A DNA stretch of 64,000 nucleotides from Guillardia theta CCMP2712 (Eukaryota > Protista > Cryptophyta): NCBI RefSeq assembly GCF_000315625.1, contig NW_005434672.1:1182155-1246154 (forward strand). The letters run 5' to 3'. This document shows, piece by piece, positions 35,679 through 49,449 of the stretch. Below the pieces are notes generated by a model. The model was not told where the DNA came from. It ran no database searches and saw only the letters and a program-made list of their open reading frames with translations. Position 1 is the first letter of the stretch. The number at the start of each line of letters is the position of its first letter. The position numbers and the translations under genes are program-made.

Positions 35679-37439
35679 ATGGATTCGCCCACGTCTCCTA
35701 CTCCAAGTAGTCCAGCGGGGGTAGATCCAGCTGTGAAGATCATTATCTCCAAGATCAAACTAGGCAAGGACAAGGAAGTGAAGGAAATCATCGCAAGCAA
35801 CCCTTCGATTATCAAGACAGCCACTGATACCAGCACCAACACCACTCTCCTTCATCTCGCTGCTCTCAATGGCCATAAACGAATTGTCAAAGAGCTTCTT
35901 CGGCATACGGAGTACTTTGATCCGTACGCGAAGAACATCAAAGGGTTGACAGCAGTCGACCTTGCTCGAGACTTCAACTACAATGATTTATCAGACTACA
36001 TCAAGAGCAAACTTCCCGGGATTGAAGAATCGCATCCAAAGGCTGGTGCAGGGCAGTCGTTGATGGAGAGGCGAATGGACCAACTGGACGACGTGAGCGA
36101 GGATCTGATCAGAATTCAGAATGAAAGGAGAGAGCTTGAAGCGGAGATCGTTGCTGCAAGATCTGAGGATTCCAAGGTTGATCATCAGGAAGACCCTGCC
36201 GTCATTCAGAAGGTCATCAGCTACCAAGTTAGCTGGCGTTGACGTGTATTTAGATGATCTCAGAGAAGGAGGAGCGAGAGCGGATTGAAAAGGTTTGCAA
36301 GGGGAGGAGGAGATGGTGAAAAAATCTTCTTATGGGAGTGAGCAGGAATTGAGGCAGCGCATCGAGTTGTTGGAGTTGGAAGCAAAAGCTGAACAAGAAC
36401 GTCGAGATCGAGTCGATTCATATCCGTGGTTTGATTGTTGGTGTTGACTTGGTAAGTAGGAATACGAGGCCAAGTTGAAAGAGCTAGAAGCCGTTGCGAT
36501 ACAGAAGGAGGAGGTTATTAATATTTCTGTGCTGATTGTTCAGTTCTGATCTCCGGTTTGCAGGAGCGTGCGAGGATCGAGCAGGAGAAGGCGCAGCTGG
36601 AGAAGGAGAAGGAAGAATTTGAGCATAGGATGCAGGTTGAAATCTTCCTTCATGTGCTCTTGCTGAGCAACAGTGTAGACTCGACAGCGAGGACTGCAAG
36701 ACCATGCCGAGGAGGTCAAGCAGGGAAAGGAGGAGGCAGAGAGCAACTTGATGGAGAAAGATCGAATGCTTGAGAGGTGCGGCGCACGGTCTCTAACGCC
36801 TCCTCTAACAAAGTTCTGCAGCAAACAGGAAGAGCTCAGCAGAGAGATCGCCAAGAAGAATGAGGTGAGAACGAGTCGACCAGCTGCCACCTCGACTTGA
36901 CTTTCGAGTCTTGCTGCAGATTCTTGCAGAACTTGCGCAGCTCAAGTCTCTGATCGCTCAGACTAAAAAAGTTGTGTGCAGTCCCTGGAGGAAACTGACT
37001 GACCTCGAGCTGGCAGGCAGCAGAAGATCACGAGAAGACATCGCCAGAGGATAGCAGAGGTCCATATCGCTCCCCCCCCTACCCCCCTCCTTATTTCGAC
37101 AGCAGACGAGGAAGGCAGCAAGAAGCCTCACATAGACGTGAAGTCAGAGAAGGTCAGGCAGCCTTGGCTCATTTCCCTCGACGTTGGCGATAATCTTTCT
37201 TGCAGGATCGGCTAATCTCCGAGTTTGAGAATCGGAGAAAGGAGCTGGAGCAGCAGCAGAAGCAGGAACAGGAGCGGCAAGAGCGGCTTCTGAACGAGCT
37301 GCTCGACATGAAAAGGAAGAAGAAGAACGCCAAGTTGAACAGGAACAGCACTTTCTCTTCCTCATACTACTTCTCTCCTTACTTGGGCAACAGGAACACA
37401 AGCAGTCCCGAGGGCGACGAGCAGGAGGGAGCAGACTAG
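35679..37439 (+). CDS. Ankyrin-repeat plus coiled-coil protein, multi-exon
   Basis: TLLHLAALNGHKRIVKELL...KGLTAVDLA, then E/K/Q-rich exons. Confidence 0.75.
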
Positions 37440-37519
37440 GCTGGAGCGAACGGTCTTCCTACTCAGTGAGTGCCATCCCCTCGGACCCCAAGGCTGGAAA
37501 ATTCTTATTAGTGGGTCAT

Positions 37520-39674
37520 TTAGAGAGACGGCGGAGAGGAGGAGAAGGAGATGAAATACCGGTCATGACTTGCTCGTGTACTGCTTTGATGAGCCTCTTC
37601 TGGTCCTGCTGGATCTGACGAGAGAAGCATCAGTGAATGTGAAGCTTTTCTCGTCAAACCTGAGTGCGAAGATCCGAGCGAGAGACCTCAGGCATGAGGA
37701 AGCTGCTCACCAGATCCTTGACCACATCTGCAGTCCATGTTAGGCCTGCTGCTAGACTTGTCAACTTCTGCTCCTCACCTTCGTCCGTCACTCCTTCCTG
37801 TTCCAGGCTGTCGACAATGTCGTTGAGGAAGGTAGCGCGTGCGTTGGCCTCCATCAGTGCCTGAGCAGGGCAAGTGAGCCAGCATGACAAGGGGGGGCGA
37901 GCAGGCGACCTGCTTGGAGGACGTGCTCTCGATGGCGTCGCCGAGGATGTTTTCCAGAAACGTGTCGATAGATCCTTGATGGACTTGCATGACCTGCCTG
38001 TACATCTCGTCCTGCTTGGCTCTTCGGCGCTCCTCTTCCTCTCGCTTCCCTTTCTCCTCGGCCTCACTGCGCGTATATCAGAACGACAACAAAAACAATC
38101 AAGCGCTCACCGCATGGTCCTCTGCCGCTCCGCCAGCATGACCATGGCAAAGATCCGCCTCTCCTCCTGAGCACAACATTAGCTAAGCTCCAACTTGAGA
38201 GCGCAGGGAAGACCTTGTAGCGAACCAGCTCCTTGTTGAGGTAGTCCAGCTGTTGCCCGACTTCTCGTCCAACGGCCGTCGCGATGTGACCTGAGATGAT
38301 GCTCCGCTGGTGCTCGATAACCGCCTCCCGCGAGTGTTGCTCCGTCCTGTCCTCCAGAGTCTCCACCGTCCTCAGCTCCTTGATGAGCTGCAGCCGCTTC
38401 TCCTTAGCCTGCATCATGTCGTTCTGTACAGCGCGACCGCGCAGCAGCTTCTGCATCAGGATGACGGCAAGACGCTTGTCGTCGTTCTCGGACACTGGAG
38501 GTCGGAGCTCGGGCGTGGGAGGACGAACAACGACAGGAGCCTTCCTGTACTCGGCGAGATCATCTACTTCCTCTACCTCTTTTGCTGCCTTGTGCTTCTT
38601 GTTGATGATGGCTGTCATGCGGTCCAGGTGTGCCTGCATCTCGCGCTCCTTGCGGGCCTCCAGGGCGGACTTGTGCTTAGTGCGAGAAGGACGTTCGATC
38701 TTGATGGAGGTGAGCCTGCGAGGAAGGCTCTCCTCTAGCTCCAGCACGTCTTGATACTTCATGTCGTCCAGGTACCTCGTCTCGTACTTGTGTGAGTCTC
38801 TGTCGACTCTCAAGCCTTCGCGCTTGATGGGGGCGTATACCTTGGAGTTGAAGTTGGCGTACTCCCCGATGATGTCTCGCTTCTTCGTGCTGGACAGGTT
38901 CAGACTCTGTCTTGCGACTGCAATTTTTCTGAGCTGCCGGACGCGCGTGTGATGGATTGTATCTGCATGAGCTTCCACCATGGCCGACGCGCGATCCTTG
39001 AGCTCCTCCATCCTTTGCTCGTTGACGAACCTCGTCTCCTCGTCTCTTGCCTGCAAAGCCCCGCGTATCAGCTCAAGACGCTGCTCTTGGAGCGCCTGGA
39101 TCTCAGCCTCTCTCCTAGCAAGCTCTTCCATTTGCTGCATCTCCATCATGTTTCGCCAGGTCTCCGGGTCTTCGCCGATGTCGGGAAGCGCCGCTTCGAA
39201 TGCTCTCCTCTTCCGAGCGCGCTCGATCATCTCGATCTCAGCCATGCCGGCAGGGAGACCTCGTCCCCAGACCAGGTCCTTGAGCTGCAGGAGCTCTGGC
39301 TCAGGAGCAGAAGGATCGAGAGGAGCGACATCCGGGGTGAACGGATCTGTCTGTGTTTCGCTCTCTCTGTAATCTGTCTGGGTTGATGCAACCTTCACCG
39401 CTGGCTCCTCCTCCACCATCACTTCTGGGAGACTCTCTGCTGACTTAGCATCTACAGATAGCAGGACGTCCGGTGGGACCGTCTGCAGCGAAGGCACTGT
39501 GGGGGTACGGAAGTACTTGAATCTGTTGGCACCACTGACAGCACTCAACTTGAGCACCATGCGTGAAGCTGCGGCACCTTGGTTCCCTCCTCTGAAGCCA
39601 GATACAGTGTAGATGGGGTCAAAGGCATAATCCTGTGGCCTCTCTATCTGTACAGCTATCGCTCGAGTCGTCAT
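37520..39674 (-). CDS. CFAP91: Cilia- and flagella-associated protein 91 (MAATS1/AAT-1)
   Basis: DPIYTVSG...RFKYFR, TQTDYRESETQTDPFTP, LPAGMAEIEMIERARKRRAFEAALP and IQ-like LMQKLLRGRAVQN; 3' end approximate. Confidence 0.9.
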
Positions 39675-40684
39675 GGCTGCTGTACTGTCGACTCACTAGA
39701 ACCTGTTTGCTGTTGGATCCCACCTCTTCAAAGGTCCTCCGACACAGTATCAGCTCCTCGGCAGGCAGGGATCAAGTGTCTGACAGGATATTCCTTGCTC
39801 CTCTCCTCTCTTCCTCCCCTCTGCCTTCACGTCCTCCTCTCTTCCCTTCCTCCCCGCGCCTCCATGGCGCCCTCACACTGCATTCACTATCCCCCGTCTC
39901 TTCTACCCCTCGGTTTCTCATCAGTTCCGGTCGGTGGGATGGTGGGGTACCCCTCAACGGGCAACGGTCAACCACCTCCCCTCACTGACCTGAATGGGAG
40001 TAACGGAACTTTGTAACGCCAGAAACATGAAATAACGCTTTAATAACGGTCATTTCGCCCCAGGTCCGAAACGATGTAGGAACTCAACGCTTGAGGGAAC
40101 AATGTTGGCAGAGCCGAGGACAAGGTTTCGGAGAGCGTGGAGGAGAGGAAAGAGGCAGCAAGATGTGCGAGCAATAGAGATCATGACGATGACTACGAGA
40201 GAGAGGACTGTAGAAGCACAGGATCCTCGAGAGACTTAGTGAAAAGCTGGTGAATGAGGAGGAGGAAACGGATAGTGGTGTTGGCTTTTGGAGCAAAGAC
40301 GAGTATGACAGAAGTGGAAGTTCGATCTGAGAGAGCAAGACAGACAGAAGAATGTTAGATCAAGGACAAGGATGAAAGAGGAGGTTTGCTGTGCTTTCAA
40401 GATGAGTTGAGAATACAGCCTTGAAAGGATAATTTCAGCTGAAAAAGTTGTTACGATCGTGAGAGGAATGAAGAAAGATGAAAGGGAAGGAGAACACATG
40501 TATAGATGCTTTACGTATCACAGGAAGTGGTGGGAATGTTTTACATGCTGTTTCGACAAAATCCTCCTGACAAGCTCCTATGTACGAAACAGGATGGTAC
40601 TCGGTACAGGATGTGACATCAGCTATCGGCTCTAGGTTGTGCTAGTCTATCTGGTGCATTCTATGCTGACACAGACATGAAAGG

Positions 40685-43600
40685 ATGCAAGCAAAGGATC
40701 AAGTGGGAGTTGGGATCGGAATCCGTACGAAAGATGGAGTTCTTGTCATCACTGACATCATCGAAAACGGGGCTGCTGCTAAGAGGTGATGGAGCTAAAG
40801 TTTGATGTTGCGTTGGCTGATGGAAGAAGCAGCGGATTGATTCAAGTTGGAGATGTTCTTAGAGCAGTCGATGGCAAACATGTCGGCTCGTCGTCTTCAA
40901 CAGCACGGTGACGCAGCCAAGGAACTCGCGCTGGTGTTGACGGTTGATGCAGCAACCTGCTGGTTGGGCAAGTGGGAACGTCAGTGACTCTCACTGTAGT
41001 GAGGAAAGAATCGTTTCTGGGGATCGAGAGCATGAGAATGGACAGTATCTTCAACGTCCCTCTCGTTCGCTGCGGCCATTCGTCTTCGTCTTTCAGGACT
41101 GAAGATGAGCTGAGCGTGAAGGAGCAAGAAGGGCACTTGAGTGTTTCAGACCTAGATGATGTCGAGGCCTTGAGACTGAAAGTTTTTGAGCTGGAGGTGA
41201 CAATTGTGCTGTCGTTGTTGACCTGACGGCTGACCGTTGTAGAATTATGTTGCTGTCACCTTGCAAAAGCTCGAAGCCGCCAACAGGAGATGGCAGGACG
41301 AGCAGGTTGTAACCGTGGTGACCGCAAGTGAGTTTTGATGTTGTGCATGCAGAGGCTGTCAAGGGACCTTCAGAAGAAGCTCGACTCAGCGCAGTTTGAC
41401 TTCTCCCGTATGAACATGGAGGAAGAATCTGCGATGGTTCTGGAGAAAGTAAGAAGATCGCGATAGTGATGGGAGCGAGGAGTGATTGACGAGTGGCAGA
41501 TTATGAGTGACATGCAATATGAGCTGACGAGTGAGCGAAGTCTGAACGCAAAGTAAGACTCTCGAGATGTTGTTTGTCATGTCGTAACATTCCATGGAAG
41601 GCTGCAAGAGGAAGTAAGAAGCTTCCGAAGTCGTATGGAGGAATTGAATCAAGAGAAGGTGGAGTTGCAAGATTTTTTTGAGGTGTGCTTGAACAATCTC
41701 TCTGCCTTGCTCTTGAAGCAGACAGCGCGTCTGATTACATCTTCACTTAGACATCATTGAAATCATCCAAGGATGAAGTGTTGGAGGTAGAGACCAAGTT
41801 GAAGACGACGAAGCAAGAGTTGTTCGAGTGCAAATGTGAGCTCAAGGAGATGATAGAAGTGTCCAAGGGCGACTTGCAGCAGCTGAACAATCTGTCCATT
41901 GAGCACGAGAAATTTATGAAACGGCTGAGAGAGGTGGAGAAGGAGAATCGACGTCTGCAAACACAAATGGAACAGCAAGATGTCAGCATGCAAGCCGCGC
42001 ACACTGAAGATGCGTTGGCGAATCTAGAGCAAACTCTGAGCAAGATAAGAGAGCATGTCGCGCAAGATGAAGTTCACCGCCATGCAAAGAAGAGCGGAGC
42101 TGAGAGACTGCAAGCCGAGCTGGTTAAGTCGCGAGCAGCGATGGGTCAAGCAGAAGTTGCTGCTCGCGCTATCCGGAGGGAGGCGGATGAGATGCTCATA
42201 GCGTCTGATGGGATCAAGAGAGAGCTGTTTGCCTCCTCCTTGCATCGCATTGAGGAGCTGGAAGTCTTGCTTGCAGACTTGCGGCTCAAGGAGGTCTCTC
42301 CTCCTCTTGCTCCACCTCGTCCCTCTCCACTCTTTCGCTTCTCCTCCTGTCATCGTCCCCCTCCACCTCCTCTCGCTTCTCTCCCATCCATTGCCCCTTC
42401 TCTTGTCCTTCTCTCCCTCGAAGTGACATCTGAATGTTTGCAGGAGAGGGTCGCTGAGCTTGAGTCTACCTGCTCTGCTGCTGAAACAGACCTCGCCGAG
42501 AACAAACTTCAGCTCGAGAGCCTGCAGGAGAAGCTCAACATCGCCACCTCTCAGCTGGACAAGCAGCTCAAGCGGGCGAGAGAAGCAGAGTGCAAACTTG
42601 CGGGAGAGACGATCAGAGCCAAGAAGATGGAGGAGCAGGCGAGGATGGAGATGGAGGAAAAGAACGCAGAGATAAGAAGGTTGAAAGAGGAGGTGGAGGA
42701 GAAAGTCAAGGAGGAGAAGGATCAGCGCCGACTGGAGGTGGAGAGGGCAGAACGCGAGGAGAGCGCAAGGAGAGAGCATGAAGAGAAGATCAAAGAGCAA
42801 GACGAGCAAATCAAAGAGCTGCTGGAGAGGAGGCGCCAGGGGCAGGAGAAGATACGACAACTCGAGCTGAAGATGAAGGAGCAGGATGACTTGGTCACTG
42901 AGCTCGAGGAGAAAATCGAGGAGGTGGATGGGGAACGACAGAAGCTGGAAGAGAAATTGAGGGAGCAGGAAGAGGCGAGGCAAGAGGAGCTTGAGAAGAT
43001 GAGAGAGCTTGTAGAGAAAGTCAGGGTGCAAGAACAGTTGATTACCGGACTTGTTGAAGAGAAGGACAAAGTTCAGCAGGATCTGGAGGGAGTGAGGCAG
43101 GAGGAGCAGCAGGTCCGACGGGAGCTGGAGAGGAGGGAGGAGGAGGAGGAGAACAACCGAGAAGAGCTCCAGCAGAAGATCAGAGAGCTTGACAAGCTAC
43201 ACCAGGAGGTGAGGGCGCAGGAAACAACACGCAAGGAGAGGGAGGAAGAGCGAAGAGACTTGATCCGAGAGGTTGAAAGGCTGCAGGAGAAGAGCGCTGA
43301 ACTGGAAGACAGACTTCGGAGGGAGGAGATGAAATGCAGGGAAGTGGAGGAGCAAGGGGGGAGGGAGCTAGAGGGAAGGATCAAGGAGCTGCAAGAGATG
43401 GAGAGCATGTTGAAGGACTCAAGAGAGAGAAGGGACGAGGAGGTGAAGGCTCTATCGAAACACGTGGAGGAATTGCAAGCATGTCGAAGTGAGCTCATCA
43501 GTGAAGTCGAAAGGATGAAGGAGCTGGTGGAGGTGAGGACAGGAGAGAAGGAGGAGGCGATGAAGTCGCTTCATTCACTTCAGCACGAGATGAATGAGAT

Positions 43601-45735
43601 GCGAGAGAGGAACAGTGCTGTTTGTTCAACTCCAACAGGACAACAAGAGCAGCAAACTGTCGCCTCCTTGCAAGTTGCCGAGCAGAAGATCTCCAACCTC
43701 ACGGCAGAGGCTCGGGCCCTCACCGACAAGCTGGAGGCCCTTGAGAGTGAGCGGGACGAGCAGCGACTTGCGATCTCCACGCTAGAAGAGGAGCGAAGGC
43801 ACATGAGGCAGGCGATGAAGGCAAACGACAAGACGCTGGATGCGCTGGACAAAGTCTTGTTGGAGGTCGAGGCCAACCTCGACGACCTCGAGCAGCGGCA
43901 GTTCGTTATCTCCACCTGGATCAACCAGACCAGGAACGAGAGCGAGAACCGTGAGACTGTCATTCATAGTATGGAAGAGAACTACAAGCATATCGTCAAC
44001 CGATGTAATATGTTGGAGCTCACGATGAAGAGCATGGAGATGGAGAAAGAAACCTTATCCTTTGAAAACCATGACATCAAAGACAAGCTCGAGGTCTGTT
44101 CTGAACTCTTGTTGGTCACCTTTTGATGTCCCTCATGCAGAAATCGAGTTTTGAAAAGAGCATGCTGATTAAATGTCTCGAGAACGCCGAGAAGATCAGC
44201 TGGATTCTTCTTCAGGAAATTGAGAACACAACAGAAGATGTTGAGACCATCTTTTTGTCGTTGCAAGGCAGTCTCGACGAAGGGGAGAACTCCCTGATAT
44301 CCAAGTCAGACCAAGAGCTGTTGCAACAAGGTGATCTGATTTGATGTGACTTGACCACGTTGATCTCGTGATCTTCTCTTTTCAGTCCAGCTGCTTGAGG
44401 TGGTGGCCGAGTCGATGTCCAACACGTCTGAAGCTATTCTTTCATCAATCAAAGAGACGGTTGGCGTTATGAGCCGCAGGAGAGGTCTGCATGTGTTATC
44501 CTCCCCCTCGGCCTTACTCGCTCGCAGCTCTTGACACGTCCGATGCAGCGGATGTTCGGAGGTAGCAGACAAAGTCTCCTTCCCCCCTCCTCACCTTCTT
44601 TCAGATCACACGCCCAGCAAGGGGCTGCTGAGGACCTAGACGGACAAGTGACCTGACGGCTTTTTCTACCGCCTCCTCTGACTGCTCCGTATAGCCTCCC
44701 ACTGATCGAAATTCGGAAATTTCGGGCTTGAGGAAAGAAATTGAAAACCTTCGAGGTGAGCGCGAGAGCGGCAGGCAGGCAGAGCCTTGACTTGCTGGGG
44801 GCAGAGAACTTGGGGGCAGCGGAGTCGTCAAGGATCTCTCTGATCCAGCAGAATGAACAGCTGAAGCAGAGTTTCTACACGAAGCAGAAAGAGCATCTGG
44901 ACCGGCTCAAGCTCGAGAGGGCGAAGGTTGTTGTGCGTCAGGCAGACCCTCAGCTGAGCTGCAGCTTCAGGTGGCAGAGGAGATGTCGTCAGCCTTCAAG
45001 GAGCTCACGACGAGACAAGAAAAGCTCGACCTGCTCTCCTCTGTCCTCTCCTGCATCACCGCCAAGGTTCTTTGCCTTCCCTTCACTCATGCATGAGCAT
45101 CTGACAACGAGCAGGACTCTATCCTCCTCGAAGAATGCAGAGGCAAACGACTGCTTGCTCCTGCTGCCGACCAGAGGCTGCAGGAGCTGATTACTGTGCG
45201 CCTCCCTCCTCCTCTCATGCTCAGCTGACATTTTGTTCAGGAGGAAGGACAGCTCAGGACTCAGCTGGCTGCCTTAGATGCGCAATCTACAAATTCTTCT
45301 ACCGTGTTCCAAGAACCTCTGAAAAAGACGCCGGCAAAGGGAGTTCTCAAGTATTGCCATACCTGTCCTGTCATTTCCTTTCTATTCCTTTCTATTCAGT
45401 GTCCTGCCCTGCCCTGCCCTGCCCTGCCCTGCCCTGCCCTGCCCTGCCCTGCCCTGCCCTCTCCTTTCCTTTCCTTTCCTTTTCTTTCCTTTTCTTCCCC
45501 ATTCCAGTTTTAATTCAAAATCAGGAGGAATTCGATCGAGTCGGACAATGCGATGAACAGTACGAGCGTGTTGGAGGATCAAACTGGTGAGGAGACCGGA
45601 GCAAGAGCATTCACCATTGACGATGACGTTGCAGTGAGCGAGAGGAAGCGAGTTGCGTTCGCCGAGTCAACGGACGATCACGAGTTTGAAGATGTTTTAG
45701 TGGAGATGCATGATGTGGACTCAGTCTCTTTGTAA
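40685..45735 (+). CDS. PDZ-domain protein with very long coiled coil, many exons
   Basis: VGVGIGIRTKDGVLVITDIIENGAAA...IQVGDVLRAVDG...GTSVTLTVVR; 789-aa E/K-rich ORF at 41757-44126; ends uncertain. Confidence 0.7.
45403..45495. repeat. Intronic pentanucleotide microsatellite (CCCTG)n followed by (TTTCC)n
   Basis: Read directly from the sequence. Confidence 0.95.
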
Positions 45736-45802
45736 GCAAATGTTGATTCAATGAAATGATACATATTTGACGTCTCAAGGGGGCAAGCATGTAAGAAATA
45801 TT

Positions 45803-45868
45803 TCTGCTCTGCTCTGCTCTGCTCTGCTCTGCTCTGCTCTGCTCTGCTCTGCTCTGCTCTGCTCTGCT
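45803..45868. repeat. (CTCTG)n microsatellite
   Basis: About 13 perfect units. Confidence 0.95.
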
Positions 45869-46343
45869 GTCTCGCTCCATTTGTCTGTTGCATCCGTTTC
45901 AAGGCATTTTTCAGAATGTCTGCTCTCTGTTCTACCCCTTCTTTTTCCAGCCCAAACACCGGTCCTGTGACCTCAATGGTTTCAAAACAAAAAAAAAAAG
46001 CGTCAAGCGCGGAGTCGCTGACCTCCCCGCCCCCCTCCTCTCTGTTCTGTTTCTCCCTCCTCCTGCGACGTTTCCTGTCGTTCCCTTCCTCTCTTCTCGC
46101 CTAGTCTGTCTCTCCTTTCACTCCTTCGCGTTTTGGTTCTTCCGCCCCCCTTCGTCCCGCCTTTCCTGCCCATCCTCCATCTCTCCACTTCTGGTATTTG
46201 CTGTATCTGTCTTTCACAACCCCAGCATTCCCTGGTTTCCTTCCGCGCCTTCCGGAAGCTTTTGCACCATCAAAGCGTGCTTCTCGATGAACTGATTCTT
46301 CTCTCTTGTGTAAGCGTCGTATAGTGTGAACAAGTACACAAAC

Positions 46344-47209
46344 ATGTCAGTTTTCAAAGCAGTCGTATGTGCAGCAATAATTGCTCTCCCGTTATTCTTT
46401 TTGCTTGGAGTATGGTTTGCAGTCTGGAGGTACCGGGTTGTGTCAACCAGGAAGGCACGCTATAAGCTAAAGGCCTCGGAGGAGTCAGAGACCAAAGGTA
46501 TCACGAAGAACAGCAACGGGAACAAACGCGAGAGAAACTCGTATATGTTGAGCTCAAACCTTGTGACTCTGTCACATGACAGACCCGAAAGCAAACATGT
46601 ACCCATGCCAAGACCAACACGAGAGTCAGATGACATAGAAGAATTGATTGAAGCTGAATCCATGTCATCTCCTGTACCAGATATTCAAGAAAAAGTTCAG
46701 CTGCCGAGAAATCCTCGCAGAGCTGACTCTGCAGCAAGGGAGACGGTTGAGGCAAGTCCGATCACCCCAAGATCAGGGTATAACAGGAATAGGGTTCATG
46801 CTGACGATCGCGCTCACAGTCAAGTCTTTCCAAGCCAACGAGAGATCGACAAGGAGGTCATAGACGCCATCTCCCAGGGTACCTCCTGATTCTCCAACCT
46901 CGCTGCTCCCTTTGACTTTGCGTTACAGGAAACCTCTCGAGATTGAAGTCAGCAATAGTGCTGGGGGACATCGGCATCAACGACCCCCTTGACATCAGCA
47001 CGGGCAGGAATGCTCTACACATCGCGTCTGCCACAGGTCGCACAGAGATCGTCTTGTTTCTGCTGGAAGAGGCAGGGGCAGACATCATGTGCAAAGACTT
47101 CTACGGGAAGGATGCACGTTCCTTGGCGCTTCAGAATCATCACTTGGACCTGGCCAACTACTTTGCTCTCTTCCTTGAGGGGCATTTTGAAGAAGAAGAG
47201 TCGTTGTGA
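46344..47209 (+). CDS. Single-pass membrane protein with C-terminal ankyrin repeats
   Basis: TM helix AVVCAAIIALPLFFLLGVWFAVW; GRNALHIASATGRTEIVLFLLEEAGAD after an intron at ~46879-46928. Confidence 0.78.
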
Positions 47210-47449
47210 TGTCAACTGTCCAACTTCATCGATCTGGGCAGGTGGGAAGGAGCGCTTGTGTCCTTCGCATGGTTTGGTCTTTGACATGTGCCGTACGAAA
47301 GAAACCATCTAGAGCAACGAAGGGGTTGTGATGCAGATAAGAGCGCATTCTGTTCATGCTTCTAGTGTCTGCACACCTCGCCCTTTGAGTTCTATGCTTC
47401 AATTTAATGTAACTGTTTAGTGTAATCATCGAGCAACAGCAAACATCTA

Positions 47450-47890
47450 CTGACAAGCAACAGCTGAGCCTCCTCGTGCAGCTTCCCTCCATAAAGTCCA
47501 GAGCCTCCTGGAAGAGCTCTTCCGTTGCTGAGCAAGTCTCCTCGTCTACCTCCGCTCACCATCCCTCGCTCCTTCCTGCCCTCCCTCGTCGTGTCGCTGC
47601 TTGACGGGACCCTGCCGGGAGTAGGGCCAGCTCCACACCCCGACCTGCTTGCACGCTCTCTTCAGCGCCGAAAGAGAAACCCCCTGCCCTCCCCGTCAGT
47701 CCAACGCTCCGCAGCAAGCGAGGAGAGGGTTGGTAGGACTTACGAGCTTGTTGGCAGCGTCGGCCTGTCGGAGAGGGAAGAGGGCGGCGATGTCGAGGAA
47801 GGAGAGGCAGACCGGGCTCTTCTTGAGGTGCAGGAGCTTCTGCACACCGGAGCGTCTGGGGACGATGCGAGCGATGCGAGGCTCGAGCAT
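47450..47890 (-). CDS. RWP-RK domain transcription factor
   Basis: Spliced LSFLDIAALFPLRQADAANKL|GVSLSALKRACKQVGVWSWPYSR; 3' end approximate. Confidence 0.8.
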
Positions 47891-48149
47891 GCGAGTCGAG
47901 AATGAGGGAAGGGGATGGGTAAGGGAGGAGAGGATCGAGGAGCAGGAGAAGCCAGGAGAGTCAGGGGGACGAGGAGGAAGGGAGACAAGGGAGGGATGCG
48001 GTAGAGGTAGGGTAGTCATCAGTCGGTCTCGTGACTTTACTATTCATCCCCATGGCACCCTTGGTCCCTACTGCAGCACCGGACGCATCTTAGAGCTGCA
48101 GTATCTCCTCAGGTCTTATCGGCTACAACTCGTCCCATCCGTCGGTCAG

Positions 48150-49200
48150 CAGAGTGCCGGTAGGTACCGGTCACCCTGTACTTGTGCTTCCCTGAGCCCT
48201 CACCCATGAAGGCCTTTGATAAGCTGGAGTGGGAGGCTGGTGACACTGAATCTCAGACGAGAGGTGAGGGCGACAACAGAGCATAGGGAGGACATCGCCT
48301 CCGAAGATGAGTTCACCCACGAACCTCACACAGAGGGACACAAAGAGATAAGATTCCAGCAGAAGAAGAGTGCGCACAAGATCTCTCTCAGCAAACGACT
48401 TGTTTGACATGCTTGACCCAAGTCTTTTCTCTGCTTGATCCTGTAAATTCGTAAAGAGATGGGCCGAATCGAAGAATGACTGGCTTTCTTTGCCAAAATC
48501 CAGTTCACGTTGGCAACATCTTTCTCTCACTCTGCATTCGCCTAGAATGCAAGCAGGTTCCTACCAGTCATCTTTATCATGCATATCTTATGACCAAACT
48601 TTCAAGAGCTTTCAGCTATAACATCTTCTTTCCTGCGAACAACCTAAGCCATTTCAATTACACATGGATGAAATCTTCGTTCAACTGAGACATGCAGCCA
48701 TGGCGTCGGGAAGGCTTCATCCTTCGCAGATGATGTCTCAACGGGATTTTGTTTCGAGGCTCGGAAGAGGAGGAAGATGACCATGTGGCAGTGGACACAA
48801 ATCATTCATTTACTATTAATAAAATCAGATACAAGCTCTCCTTCACTCATTTGCTTCACTCATTTGCTTTCAAGGACATCAAACACAAGTTCTCTTGAAG
48901 CTGACACGTCTTCAATCCTCACAAGCCTCCCGCTCCTGTCGATGGAAGGCCTCCATGGGCTTCTGTGCGCTTCCTCGTACAGCATGTAGAGACCCCACGG
49001 CTGGAAATCTCCCCGGCTGTCGATGGAAGAGGCCCAAACATCCTTGACGTGTTCCAGCCGTGGCGATGAGGAGGGGGAGGAGGGCTTGGTTTCATGCTCA
49101 CTGAAGCAGTCGAGGTTTCTCTGCGACGGTTGACAAATGAGATCATTGCGAGAGTGAGAGGAGATATTGGTGCAGCTCAAGCAGGTCATAGCAAAACACA
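48150..49200 (-). CDS. Hypothetical multi-exon protein
   Basis: Coding-like ORFs 48860-49189 and 48171-48530 with intron-like gaps; no domain recognised. Confidence 0.35.
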
Positions 49201-49449
49201 GGATTGCTTCAGCGCAGTGCTGGTGGCGTGGAAGGACTCAGAGGGATAGGGAGGATGGGGAGGAGGAACTGATAAAGGCTGCGATCACATGGGACAGATT
49301 CGTATCCAAACTTCTTGGAGGAAGGGGGAACGTAAAGATGTCAAACAACTCGTTTCCATCCGCTGGTCCTTCGTGAAAGCGGGTCTTATGAGATCTCAAC
49401 GCTTTTGTCTGGCTGCCTTGTTTTGACTGTCTCCTATAAAATAGTTTTA

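Noticed and set aside
42024-43963. Long antisense Leu/Ser/Phe-rich ORFs (also opposite CFAP45 and CFAP91)
   Set aside because: Shadow ORFs of E/K/Q-rich coiled-coil coding sequence.
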